Positions 40,447 to 50,523 of a stretch of DNA of 64,000 nt are shown piece after piece (within the stretch, counting starts at the first letter, position 1; each line of letters starts with the position of its first letter). Location: contig JBGVKY010000014.1 in assembly GCA_045123995.1 (NCBI GenBank), positions 128,710 to 192,709 on the forward strand, written 5' to 3'. Made by a program: the position numbers and the translations under genes. The DNA comes from Clostridia bacterium (lineage in GTDB: Bacteria; Bacillota; Clostridia; CAKSNL01; HGM11501). A model generated the notes under the pieces. The model searched no databases, was not told where the DNA came from, and saw only the letters and a list, made by a program, of their open reading frames with translations.

Positions 40447-41394
40447 GTGCCTGACGAAATGGATTATATATATGAAGTATATAAGGAAAGAAGCTTTTCC
40501 ACGGCAGCTAAAAAGTTATATGTAACTCAGCCTGCATTGTCCTCTGCCATAAAGAAAGCTGAAGAGAAAATGGGAACCTTACTTTTTGACAGAAGCTCGG
40601 TTCCCATAAGACTTACTCCGGCGGGAAAGGTTTATATACAGGCGATTGAGCAGATAAGGACAATAAAAGAGGATATGGAAAACACAATCCGTGATGTTTC
40701 CAGAGTAAAAACCGGCAATATAAGAGTAAGCGGAGAAAACTTTGTTTCCGCCTTTATAATGCCGGATATATTAAAAGAATACAATAAAAAATATCCGGGT
40801 ATCTCCATTGAACTTATAGAATCCAATATGCACAATTTGCAGACTCAGCTTTTAGAGTCGAAAATTGACCTTCTTATTGACTATGACTTTGACCCTGCCT
40901 TATATACGTCATTTCCTCTGGTAAATGACGAACTTTTGCTGGCGGTTCCGAGTTTTTGGAAAATAAATGAGAAACTGTCAAAATATCGTCTTACAGACAG
41001 GGAAATTGCAGAAAAAAGAAATCTTGACGAGGGAACACTTGATGTTGGGATAGAAGAATTTGCCGATATTGATTTTATAATGCTGAAAAAAGGAAATGAC
41101 ATGAATCATAGAGTAACAACTCTTTTTGCCGAAGCAGGGATATCTCCCAGAACGGTGCTTTATACCGACCAGCTTATTACTGCTTATAACATGGCAAGAA
41201 GCGGGATGGGTGCGGCGTTTATCACAGACACTCTGGTAAGGTCTGTAAGAGAGCCTTCAAAGTGCGTGTTTTATAAGATTAAGGGGGAAAGCGCCAAACG
41301 TATTTTGTGCATAGGTTATAAGAAAAACCGCTATCAGAGTAATGCAGTAATAGCATTTATAGAAACGGCAAGAGAGGTTTACGGAGAAAAATAA
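40447..41394 (+). CDS. LysR-family transcriptional regulator
   Basis: N-terminal helix-turn-helix (SFSTAAKKLYVTQPALSSAIKKAE) plus a LysR substrate-binding domain. GTG start at 40447 (GGAGGG ribosome-binding site) or ATG at 40459. Confidence 0.85.
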   Translation: MPDEMDYIYEVYKERSFSTAAKKLYVTQPALSSAIKKAEEKMGTLLFDRSSVPIRLTPAGKVYIQAIEQIRTIKEDMENTIRDVSRVKTGNIRVSGENFVSAFIMPDILKEYNKKYPGISIELIESNMHNLQTQLLESKIDLLIDYDFDPALYTSFPLVNDELLLAVPSFWKINEKLSKYRLTDREIAEKRNLDEGTLDVGIEEFADIDFIMLKKGNDMNHRVTTLFAEAGISPRTVLYTDQLITAYNMARSGMGAAFITDTLVRSVREPSKCVFYKIKGESAKRILCIGYKKNRYQSNAVIAFIETAREVYGEK

Positions 41395-41418
41395 AAGAAC
41401 GCAAAATGCGTTCTTTAG
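41390..41418. terminator. bidirectional terminator hairpin (strong on the minus strand)
   Basis: AAGAACGCA / TGCGTTCTT stem with a T-rich run on the minus strand; it overlaps the lipoprotein stop codon. Confidence 0.6.
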
Positions 41419-41936
41419 GAATCTATATATGATTCACGGTTTAGAATGGTTCCGTCAAGAGCATCTATCTTGTAACTGTACTCTTTGTTAAGTGAGCGGA
41501 AGATTATTTCATAAACATTTTCTTCTTCGTTAAGCTCGTTTGCTATTATGACGGCACTTCCTTGAGTCCCGGCATCTGCCAGAGCAATATTCAGGGCATT
41601 ATTAGGAGTAATATAAGTGGTGGAGGCTTCATTTTCCGAATAAGTCTCTTCGTTTTCGAACCACGTAGGGTCATCTTTTTCATTTTCCTCAATGGAAATA
41701 GAGAAAATTTCACCGGTATTTACATTAACAAGAGCCTTGTAGGAGTCAAAGGGTGTGTCAAACTTAACTATGTAATTTTTGGAATCCTCGCTTAGGGAAC
41801 AGTCGGTTATTATCGCATCGGGATTGTATTCGGAAATAATTTCTTTAGCCTCGTTTGAAGTTACGGAAAGATCTTTTTTGCAGGCAGAGAAGCTTAATAA
41901 GGAAAGTATAATAATTAAACAAAATGCATTTTTCAT
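41415..41936 (-). CDS. PepSY-domain lipoprotein
   Basis: Signal peptide with a lipobox-like ..FSAC, and two PepSY-like repeats (YIVKFDT.., YEIIFRS..YSYKIDALDGTIL). Confidence 0.55.
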   Translation of the reverse strand: MKNAFCLIIILSLLSFSACKKDLSVTSNEAKEIISEYNPDAIITDCSLSEDSKNYIVKFDTPFDSYKALVNVNTGEIFSISIEENEKDDPTWFENEETYSENEASTTYITPNNALNIALADAGTQGSAVIIANELNEEENVYEIIFRSLNKEYSYKIDALDGTILNRESYIDS

Positions 41937-42021
41937 TTAGTCATCCTCCAGTGGTGTATATTTTTAATTATAACAAAAAAAGTGAAAAAATGCAAGATGA
42001 TTTTTGAATAAGGAGATTTTT

Positions 42022-42198
42022 ATGAAAACGAAATGCGAAGAGTGTATGTACTATGAATTTGACGAAGACAGCGAAACATACGGCTGTATTATAAATCTTG
42101 ACGAAGATGAAGCACAAAAATTTATGGAGGGAACGTGTGACCGTTGTTCCTATTTCAGATTTTACGATGAATATAAGATGGTTAAAAAACAGAATTAA
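42022..42198 (+). CDS. small cysteine-rich zinc-ribbon-like protein (conserved hypothetical)
   Basis: 58 aa with two C-x2-C pairs (CEEC...CDRC); AAGGAG ribosome-binding site 7 nt upstream. Confidence 0.4.
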   Translation: MKTKCEECMYYEFDEDSETYGCIINLDEDEAQKFMEGTCDRCSYFRFYDEYKMVKKQN

Positions 42199-42209
42199 GG
42201 AGTATAGCT

Positions 42210-42911
42210 ATGGAAGAAAGGCTTAAAAGAACAGCTCTTTTGCTAGGGGATACATCCATGGAAAAACTGAAAAAATCCCATGTGGCAATTTTCGGTATCG
42301 GAGGAGTAGGGGGATATGTGGCAGAAGCTCTGGCAAGAAGCGGAGTTGGGGAATTGACCCTGATAGATAATGACAAGATTTCAGAAAGCAATATAAACAG
42401 ACAGATTATAGCTCTGGAAGATACCGTAGGGAAACATAAGGTTCAGGTAATGAAAGAGAGAATACTTAAAATAAATGAAGGTATCAAGGTCAACGCAAAA
42501 ACACTTTTTTATATGCCGGATGAGGAAAACAAAATAGATTTTGGAAGCTTTTCCTATATAGTGGATGCTATAGACACCGTTACTGCGAAAATAGGGCTTG
42601 TCATGGAGGCGGAAAAAAATAATATCCCCATAATTTCATCTATGGGAACGGGAAATAAATTAGATCCCTCCTTATTTAAGATTTCTGACATTTATAAAAC
42701 AAAGGTTTGTCCTTTGGCTAAAGTCATGCGTTATGAACTTAAAAAAAGAGGGGTAAAAAAATTAAAAGTGGTTTATTCCGAGGAAGAGCCCTTAAAAGCA
42801 GGAGTAAAAGAGGGAAGTAGGAATGTTCCGGGTTCAACGGCATTTTGTCCGGGTGCAGCAGGGCTTATAATTGCATCTGCAGTTGTTATTGATATCGTAA
42901 AAAAGGATTGA
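42210..42911 (+). CDS. tcdA: tRNA threonylcarbamoyladenosine dehydratase (ThiF/E1-like)
   Basis: GIGGVGG Rossmann motif and a TcdA/CsdL-type E1 fold. AAGGAG ribosome-binding site. Confidence 0.8.
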   Translation: MEERLKRTALLLGDTSMEKLKKSHVAIFGIGGVGGYVAEALARSGVGELTLIDNDKISESNINRQIIALEDTVGKHKVQVMKERILKINEGIKVNAKTLFYMPDEENKIDFGSFSYIVDAIDTVTAKIGLVMEAEKNNIPIISSMGTGNKLDPSLFKISDIYKTKVCPLAKVMRYELKKRGVKKLKVVYSEEEPLKAGVKEGSRNVPGSTAFCPGAAGLIIASAVVIDIVKKD

Positions 42912-42915
42912 TTAG

Positions 42916-43956
42916 ATGAAAGCTTTAATTGCCATGAGTGGGGGAGTAGATTCCTCAACGGCGGCACTTTTAATAAAAAATAAGGGAATAGAGACAATTG
43001 GAGCCACCATGAAACTTTTAGCGGGTAAAGACGAAGAGATAGACACTGCAAAAACAGTAGCACAAAAGATGGGAATTCCCTTTTATGTATTTGATTTTTC
43101 AAAGGAATTTAAGTCTTTGGTAATTGACAGATTTATAGAAAGTTATGAAGAAGGAAAGACTCCTAATCCTTGCATTGACTGTAATAAATATCTTAAATTC
43201 GGAAGATTTTACCATGAGGCCAAGGCTCTTTCCTGCGATTATGTGGTAACGGGACATTACGCGAGAATTGAAAAGCAGGGAAAAAAATTTTATCTTAAAA
43301 AAGCTAAAGATGAAAATAAAGACCAGAGCTATGTACTTTATTCATTAAGTCAAGAAATTTTATCTGAGACCTTGCTCCCTCTGGGTGATTATACTAAGGA
43401 GGAAATAAGAGAAATAGCAAGTGGTTTCGGTCTTATAAATGCAAATAAGAAGGACAGCCAGGATATATGTTTTGTGCCCAATGGAGATTATGTAAAGGTA
43501 ATTAAGGAGCTTAGTAAGAAAGATTATCCCCAGGGGGATTTTGTCAATACAAATGGTGAAGTATTGGGGACTCACAAAGGGATAATAGGATATACAGTAG
43601 GACAGAGAAAGGGACTTGGGCTGGCTCTTCCTCAGCCTATGTATGTTCTTGAAAAAGATGTTGTAAATAACAAAGTCATTCTTTGCAGCGGCGAGGACCT
43701 TTATAAAAGAGAGCTCTATGTAAAGGATATAAACTGGACTCTTTCTGAAAAAATGCCCGAAAAATTAAAGTGCAATGTAAAATTAAGATACAAACAAAAA
43801 GAACAGCCTGCGACGGTTTCGCTTTTTGAAAATGGCGTAAAGGTTTTGTTTGACGAACCTCAGAGAGCCATATCAAAAGGACAGGCGGCTGTTTTCTATG
43901 ACGGAGATATTGTGCTTGGCGGAGGAACAATTACGGACAAGGAGGAACTTTTATGA
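42916..43956 (+). CDS. mnmA: tRNA-specific 2-thiouridylase MnmA
   Basis: PP-loop SGGVDSS, catalytic Cys in CIDCN, and GHYAR. Confidence 0.9.
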   Translation: MKALIAMSGGVDSSTAALLIKNKGIETIGATMKLLAGKDEEIDTAKTVAQKMGIPFYVFDFSKEFKSLVIDRFIESYEEGKTPNPCIDCNKYLKFGRFYHEAKALSCDYVVTGHYARIEKQGKKFYLKKAKDENKDQSYVLYSLSQEILSETLLPLGDYTKEEIREIASGFGLINANKKDSQDICFVPNGDYVKVIKELSKKDYPQGDFVNTNGEVLGTHKGIIGYTVGQRKGLGLALPQPMYVLEKDVVNNKVILCSGEDLYKRELYVKDINWTLSEKMPEKLKCNVKLRYKQKEQPATVSLFENGVKVLFDEPQRAISKGQAAVFYDGDIVLGGGTITDKEELL

Positions 43957-44792
43957 AAAGGGAACTTACCAAAGAGCAGCTTGTAGAGCGAAGCGTGGTA
44001 AAAAAATACCGTAAAAGCATATGGAATCCTTTTATTGCTGCCGTTAAAAGATATGAACTTATAAAAGAGGGGGATAATATAGCGGTTTGTATTTCCGGCG
44101 GAAAGGATTCTATGCTTTTAGCTGTATTGATGAGGCTTTTGCAAAGAATAAGCGAAGTCCCTTTTTCCGTTACCTATCTTGTGATGGATCCAGGGTATAA
44201 TAAAATAAACAGAGAAAAAATAGAAGCCAACGCCTCGCTTTTAAATATTCCCATTAACATATTTGAAAGTGATATTTTTTCTGTGGCGGAAATTCAGGAG
44301 AAATCTCCCTGCTATTTATGTGCCAGAATGAGAAGGGGGCACCTATATTCCAAAGCAAAAGAACTTGGCTGTAATAAAATAGCTCTTGGGCATCACATGA
44401 GCGATGTAATTGAAACAACACTCATGGGTATGATGTACGGGTCTCAGATACAGGGTATGATGCCCAGAATAAAAAGTACGAATTTTGAAGGAATGGAGCT
44501 TATACGTCCCATGTACTGCATTTTAGAAGATGATATTTTATCCTGGAAAAATTATAACGAACTTTCATTTATCCAGTGCGCCTGCAGGTTTACTGAAAAA
44601 ATGTCAGAATCGGGAGACGGAGTAGGAGAATCTAAGCGTCAGGAAATTAAAGAGCTTATAAAAACTCTCAGAAAGGTAAATCCCGATATAGAGCACAATC
44701 TTTTTAAGAGCATACACAATGTGAATGTGGATACCTTCGTATCATATAAACTCAATGGGGAAGAACATTCATTTTTGGAAAATTTTCAGTAG
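43953..44792 (+). CDS. ttcA: tRNA 2-thiocytidine(32) synthetase TtcA-family PP-loop ATPase
   Basis: ISGGKDS PP-loop; CYLCARMRRGHLY and CAC cysteine motifs align with E. coli TtcA (CSLCSRLRRGILY, CNLC), together with KIALGHH and GMMPR. Confidence 0.75.
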   Translation: MKRELTKEQLVERSVVKKYRKSIWNPFIAAVKRYELIKEGDNIAVCISGGKDSMLLAVLMRLLQRISEVPFSVTYLVMDPGYNKINREKIEANASLLNIPINIFESDIFSVAEIQEKSPCYLCARMRRGHLYSKAKELGCNKIALGHHMSDVIETTLMGMMYGSQIQGMMPRIKSTNFEGMELIRPMYCILEDDILSWKNYNELSFIQCACRFTEKMSESGDGVGESKRQEIKELIKTLRKVNPDIEHNLFKSIHNVNVDTFVSYKLNGEEHSFLENFQ

Positions 44793-45262
44793 ATGAAAAT
44801 TGAAAAAACGGAAATATAGAAAAAGTAGATAATAATAAGCAGGGAAAAAATAATCCATATAAAGATACCCTTAAAGAAAGATTTATCTTTTAACAACTTA
44901 ATAAAAGGGAAGAGAGCTATGAAAGACAAAATCATGCAAGTGAAGAAAAAACAGGCCTTGAAAAGTAAAAAAGGATAAATTAAAATAATAAGATAAACTG
45001 TAAAAAAGGAGAAAAGCCAAAAGTTTTTCCCTTTTTTCTTTTGGCTTAAAATATTATAAAAGGCATCTCCCGAAAGGGCATAGAAGAAAAGCATAAAAAA
45101 AGTAAGCATGTAAAAAGGAAGATGGATAAACGGAAAAGAAATAAAGCATGGGTCATAGCCCGAGGATAAAAGAAGGGATAAAAGGCCCAGGGAAACGGAA
45201 GATAAAATAAAAATGAGCCTCTGAGATTCTTTGTTAAGATTTAAAACTTTAAAAGCGAACAT
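44786..45262 (-). CDS. hypothetical Phe/Ile-rich integral membrane protein
   Basis: 4-5 predicted transmembrane segments, no motif; its stop overlaps the ttcA stop convergently. Confidence 0.4.
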   Translation of the reverse strand: MFAFKVLNLNKESQRLIFILSSVSLGLLSLLLSSGYDPCFISFPFIHLPFYMLTFFMLFFYALSGDAFYNILSQKKKGKNFWLFSFFTVYLIILIYPFLLFKACFFFTCMILSFIALFPFIKLLKDKSFFKGIFIWIIFSLLIIIYFFYISVFSIFIY

Positions 45263-45320
45263 ATAATCACTCCTGTTTAAGGTAGTATATTATATGTTCG
45301 CTTCATTTATTTAAGAACGA

Positions 45321-45758
45321 TTATTTAAGATTGGATCTTGACTCTTTAAGAGTTTCAACCAAAGCTTCGAATTTCTGCTGCATTCCATATAAAATTTCGT
45401 CGCAATACTCAAGGGTCTGATTTTTTGTTTCCTGAGCATTAGCCTTTGCGGAGTCCATCATGTTGGTAGCACGTTCATAAGCCTTTTTGGTAATTTCGTG
45501 TTCCTGAACCATCTGAATTGTTTTTTCTTCAGCGGCCTTAATGATACCCTCTGCTTCAGACTGAGCCTCAGCAATGATTTTTTTACGCTCCTCTTTCATC
45601 CAGCGAGCTTGCTTAAGCTCTTCAGGAAGCTGGAGTCTGATGTCTTCGATATCAGCAAGCAATTCCTCTTTATCCATGAGACTTCTGTTGATAATCGGAA
45701 TGTTCATGGCTTTATCGATTTTTTCCTCAAGCTTATCAATGATTTCTAAAATTTCCAT
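45321..45758 (-). CDS. coiled-coil protein resembling ATP-synthase b / V-ATPase G/H-type stalk subunits (hypothetical)
   Basis: 145 aa, highly charged, with heptad periodicity (IIAEAQSEAEGIIKAAEE); translationally coupled to coaD. Confidence 0.35.
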   Translation of the reverse strand: MEILEIIDKLEEKIDKAMNIPIINRSLMDKEELLADIEDIRLQLPEELKQARWMKEERKKIIAEAQSEAEGIIKAAEEKTIQMVQEHEITKKAYERATNMMDSAKANAQETKNQTLEYCDEILYGMQQKFEALVETLKESRSNLK

Positions 45759-45759
45759 T

Positions 45760-46796
<1,037 letters not shown>

Positions 46797-46852
46797 AACG
46801 ACCCCTCCGAGCAAAATAATTTGTATCATTCTTCATTATAAAACAAATAAAG

Positions 46853-46883
46853 TAAAAAAGCAAGAGGAATTTTTCCTCTCGCT
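46853..46883 (-). terminator. rho-independent terminator after the SipL-like gene (minus strand)
   Basis: GCGAGAGG / CCUCUUGC stem with one G-U pair, followed by U6 on the minus strand. Confidence 0.5.
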
Positions 46884-46892
46884 TTTATTTTT

Positions 46893-48434
46893 TTAAGCCG
46901 GAATTAAAATCCGCATGCCATGATGAATGAGTTCATTTTCTGAAATATCGTTGGCTGAGGCTATTTTTTCAACGGTGGTTGAGTATCTTTTAGCTATATC
47001 CCAAAGGGTATCGCCGCTTTTTACAAAGTAAATTACTATGGAAGGTCTATTTTTGTTAATACATTCTTCCAGGGAAACTTCATTTATAAGGAGGAAATCC
47101 TCTTTATTTCTTAAAACCATAATGTCAAGGGAAATTATGCCCCTTACGTCAAGCTTTGCCTGATTTATGAAGTTGAAATCCATGTGGGAAATTGACGCTT
47201 TAACCAAAAGATTTGCATCTTCCACAGGACAGTCGTAAACGGAAGAAAATGTGATATCGCAGTTGAAAAATGATATTGGGTCTTCTGTATAGGAAAGATA
47301 GGTGATGTTAGCTTCAATTGTTCCTGAAATATTTATCTTTCCGTTTTTTGAGAAGGCATCAAGTTTTTTTATGCGTCCGCTTACAGGACAGACCTGTTCC
47401 ATGGGAGGCATATTTATGGGAAGATCAATACTTTCTTTTAAGGTTAAGGATTCGTCAAAGCGAGATATTATTTCGGAACGTTTACATGAACAATGGCTTA
47501 AAGCAAGCTCCATACATGGGACATAGGCATCTTTAACTATAGTCGTTTCTTCTTTTGAAAAAACCAATACAGATACACATATATCGCCTGAAAAAGAAAT
47601 GCTTCTGCCGTCTTCTGAAGCTAAGAAGTCTTTGGAGACACTTATGTTTTTGACAGAGAAGGTTGTATCACAATACATATTTTCGGAAAGATTAGGTATG
47701 TCTAAAATTTCTGTGAAAGGCAGATCGTGCTGCATATATGAAAGACAGCCGTCATCTGCAAGATAAAGATTAAAGATAGAAAGACAACCTTTTATTACGG
47801 CTTTTCCGGTAACAATTTTTACGGAGCTGTCCTTAATTTGTGTTTTGCACAAAAGCAGAGTGTCTAAAGAAGGCTTACCCGAAGGAACCTCTAAGGTATC
47901 TGAAACATTAAAACATTCTGAAACGGAAGACTCGATAAAGGAAAATGATACATCTTCGCATTTGGTTTCCACAGAGGGAGCCTTTATATTTACGGGTACT
48001 GCAAGAGACTGATCTGTAAAGGATTTGAAGTCTACTCTTACCACAGCTTTAAGAGAAATCTTTCTGCTGTTTATAAGATTACATTCTGTGTGAACGGTTT
48101 CAGCACATACCTTGAATTTATCCTCTGGCGTTACGTTGGGACATTCTTCAATGTGATTAAAAGGAATTTTTACCGTAATAGAATTTATAAAGGAATTTTC
48201 TTCGGGAGTATAAAGCACAGTGAAATCTGATACTCCGGTGAAAATCACCCTACCTTTCTGGATTTCGGTTTTTTCAATTACACTCATGCCCTCGACCCAC
48301 AGGATTTTACAGATATCGCTTTTTGAGTCGGGAACAATGGAATCCCCTTCCGTTAAAATGTCAAGCTTCAAGGATGCAGAGGGGTAGCTTGTATTTATAT
48401 TTTTTTTAATAAGTTCTGCTTCCAAAATCATCAT
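46893..48434 (-). CDS. DUF3794-repeat plus C-terminal LysM protein, SipL/SpoVID-like spore-coat morphogenetic protein
   Basis: C-terminal LysM (YFVKSGDTLWDIAKRYSTTVEKIASANDI...ILIP); length and architecture match clostridial SipL. Confidence 0.6.
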   Translation of the reverse strand: MMILEAELIKKNINTSYPSASLKLDILTEGDSIVPDSKSDICKILWVEGMSVIEKTEIQKGRVIFTGVSDFTVLYTPEENSFINSITVKIPFNHIEECPNVTPEDKFKVCAETVHTECNLINSRKISLKAVVRVDFKSFTDQSLAVPVNIKAPSVETKCEDVSFSFIESSVSECFNVSDTLEVPSGKPSLDTLLLCKTQIKDSSVKIVTGKAVIKGCLSIFNLYLADDGCLSYMQHDLPFTEILDIPNLSENMYCDTTFSVKNISVSKDFLASEDGRSISFSGDICVSVLVFSKEETTIVKDAYVPCMELALSHCSCKRSEIISRFDESLTLKESIDLPINMPPMEQVCPVSGRIKKLDAFSKNGKINISGTIEANITYLSYTEDPISFFNCDITFSSVYDCPVEDANLLVKASISHMDFNFINQAKLDVRGIISLDIMVLRNKEDFLLINEVSLEECINKNRPSIVIYFVKSGDTLWDIAKRYSTTVEKIASANDISENELIHHGMRILIPA

Positions 48435-48551
48435 TCCTTCCTGAAAGTTTGTTTTTTTAATACTTATGTTAAAAAAATAAAAATATTACTGATATTTTTC
48501 CTTAAAAAGGCAATAATAGAAGTATGGAAAATAATAAAAAGGAGAATTTTT

Positions 48552-49700
48552 ATGGCAAAAAGAGTAGTATTGAATGAAACCAGCTATCACGGAAAAGGGG
48601 CGATAGCAGAAATTCCTAATGAAGTAAAAATGAGAGGGTTTAAAAAGTGCTTCGTATGTACGGATCCTGATTTAATTAAAGCGGGAGTTTCCGGTAAGGT
48701 TACGGATATTCTGGATAAAGCAGGCATAGCCTACGGGATTTATTCCGATATAAAAGCCAATCCTACGGTGGAAAATGTGAAAAACGGTATTAAGGCATTT
48801 AATGAAATGGGTGCAGATTCCATTATTGCAATAGGTGGAGGTTCTTCTATTGATACAGCCAAGGCAATAGGCATAATAATAAAAAATCCTGAATTTTCAG
48901 ATGTAGTATCTTTGGAAGGTGTTGCTCCCACCAAAGAAAAATGCATTCCTATAATTGCAGTTCCCACTACGGCAGGAACTGCGGCGGAAGTTACAATAAA
49001 CTATGTTATTACAGATACGGAAAAAGACAGAAAGATGGTATGCGTGGATGTTCACGATATTCCGGTGGTTTCCGTAGTTGACCCTGATATGATGAGCACC
49101 ATGCCCAAAGGACTTACAGCGGCTACGGGAATGGATGCCCTTACCCATGCCATAGAAGGTTATATTACAAAAGGAGCCTGGGAAATGAGTGACATGTTTC
49201 ATTTGAAGGCTATAGAGATAATTGCAAGAAGCCTTGAAAAAGCAGTGGAAAACGACCCTTCAGGCAGAGAGGACATGGCTTTGGGACAGTACATTGCAGG
49301 TATGGGATTTTCAAATGTAGGGCTTGGAATTGTCCACTCTATGGCACACCCCCTGGGAGCACTTTATGACACTCCTCACGGGGTTGCAAATGCAATTATT
49401 CTGCCCGCAGTCATGGAATATAACGCTCCTTCATCGGGAGAAAAATACCGTTATATTGCTAAAGCCATGGGGGTTAAAAACACAGAGGAAATGAGCATAG
49501 AGGAAGCGAGAGAAAAAGCGGTGGCTATGGTGCGTGAACTTTCTTCAAAAATAGGGATTCCAAAGGACTTAAAGGATATTGTTAAAATAGAAGATGTTGA
49601 TTTTCTTTCAGAATCTGCATACAACGATGCCTGCCGTCCCGGAAACCCCAAAGATACAAGTATTGAAGAAATAAAGAAAATTTATTTATCTTTGGTTTAA
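48552..49700 (+). CDS. iron-containing (group III) alcohol dehydrogenase, FucO/lactaldehyde reductase-like
   Basis: GGGS.D.AK NAD motif and the iron-binding His cluster (HAIEGY, HSMAH). Confidence 0.85.
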   Translation: MAKRVVLNETSYHGKGAIAEIPNEVKMRGFKKCFVCTDPDLIKAGVSGKVTDILDKAGIAYGIYSDIKANPTVENVKNGIKAFNEMGADSIIAIGGGSSIDTAKAIGIIIKNPEFSDVVSLEGVAPTKEKCIPIIAVPTTAGTAAEVTINYVITDTEKDRKMVCVDVHDIPVVSVVDPDMMSTMPKGLTAATGMDALTHAIEGYITKGAWEMSDMFHLKAIEIIARSLEKAVENDPSGREDMALGQYIAGMGFSNVGLGIVHSMAHPLGALYDTPHGVANAIILPAVMEYNAPSSGEKYRYIAKAMGVKNTEEMSIEEAREKAVAMVRELSSKIGIPKDLKDIVKIEDVDFLSESAYNDACRPGNPKDTSIEEIKKIYLSLV

Positions 49701-49703
49701 CAA

Positions 49704-49737
49704 GAAAGCCTGATGGAATTATCCGTCAGGCTTTTTA
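49704..49737 (+). terminator. rho-independent terminator
   Basis: AGCCTGATGG / CCGTCAGGCT stem followed by TTTTT. Confidence 0.65.
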
Positions 49738-49842
49738 TCTGGGTAGCGAAAAAAAGACATTGTTTTTTATTTATCAATCTTTTCTGGGATTTGTTCTCTC
49801 GTTTTGTATCGAAAATAAGATATTTGCATGGCGATTTTTGAG

Positions 49843-49871
49843 TTTACAAATACAAGCAGGTGTGTTATTAT
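49843..49871 (+). promoter_or_regulatory. candidate sigma-A promoter for the SGNH-etfBA-ldh operon
   Basis: TTTACA, 17 nt, then TATTAT preceded by TGTG. Confidence 0.35.
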
Positions 49872-49907
49872 ATAGGTAGGAAAACTTTTGAAAAGAGGAA
49901 TTTTATA

Positions 49908-50498
49908 ATGAAAAAAATTTTCGTTTTAGGTGACAGCATTTCTATCTATTACGGTCCTTTTCTGGAAGAACTTTTGAAAGGCAAAATGGAATATGACAGA
50001 AAAGGCAAGGACGGAGAAGTGGGAAATATCAACAGTGTTTCTCCAATGAACGGAGGAGACTCCGGAAATGTTTTGGAATATGTTAAAGACTATCTTAAAA
50101 AAGAATATGATGTAATGTTATTAAACTGCGGTCTTCATGATATAAAAACTGTTAAAACAAAACAGGTTTCTGAAGATAAGTATAAAAGCAATTTAGAAGA
50201 AGTAATTTCTATTGTGAGAGGAAGGGGAAAAGAGATTATCTGGGTAAACACCACTCCCGTCAATGATGAATTGCACCTGGCAAGACTTAAAGATTTCAAA
50301 CGATTCAATAGAGATGTAATAAAGTATAACAAAATTGCAAAGGAAGTTATGGAAAGGTTAAATGTTCCCGTTATTGACCTTTATTCTTTTACAGAAAGTT
50401 TCGGTAAAGATATATATGCCGACCACGTACATTTTATAGAAGAAATTTGCAAAAAACAGGCAGAATTTATAAAAGAAGCAGTATTATCTCTCATATAA
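49908..50498 (+). CDS. SGNH/GDSL-family hydrolase
   Basis: The GDSIS block I and DxxH block V (DHVH) motifs. Confidence 0.7.
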   Translation: MKKIFVLGDSISIYYGPFLEELLKGKMEYDRKGKDGEVGNINSVSPMNGGDSGNVLEYVKDYLKKEYDVMLLNCGLHDIKTVKTKQVSEDKYKSNLEEVISIVRGRGKEIIWVNTTPVNDELHLARLKDFKRFNRDVIKYNKIAKEVMERLNVPVIDLYSFTESFGKDIYADHVHFIEEICKKQAEFIKEAVLSLI

Positions 50499-50523
50499 AA
50501 TTCTTTTGAGGAGGGAATTTTTT

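Noticed and set aside
49739-49842. 15-codon ORF (MAIFEFTNTSRCVII) in the SGNH upstream spacer
   Set aside because: It overlaps the predicted -35/-10 elements, has no ribosome-binding site, and its short length does not support a leader-peptide call.
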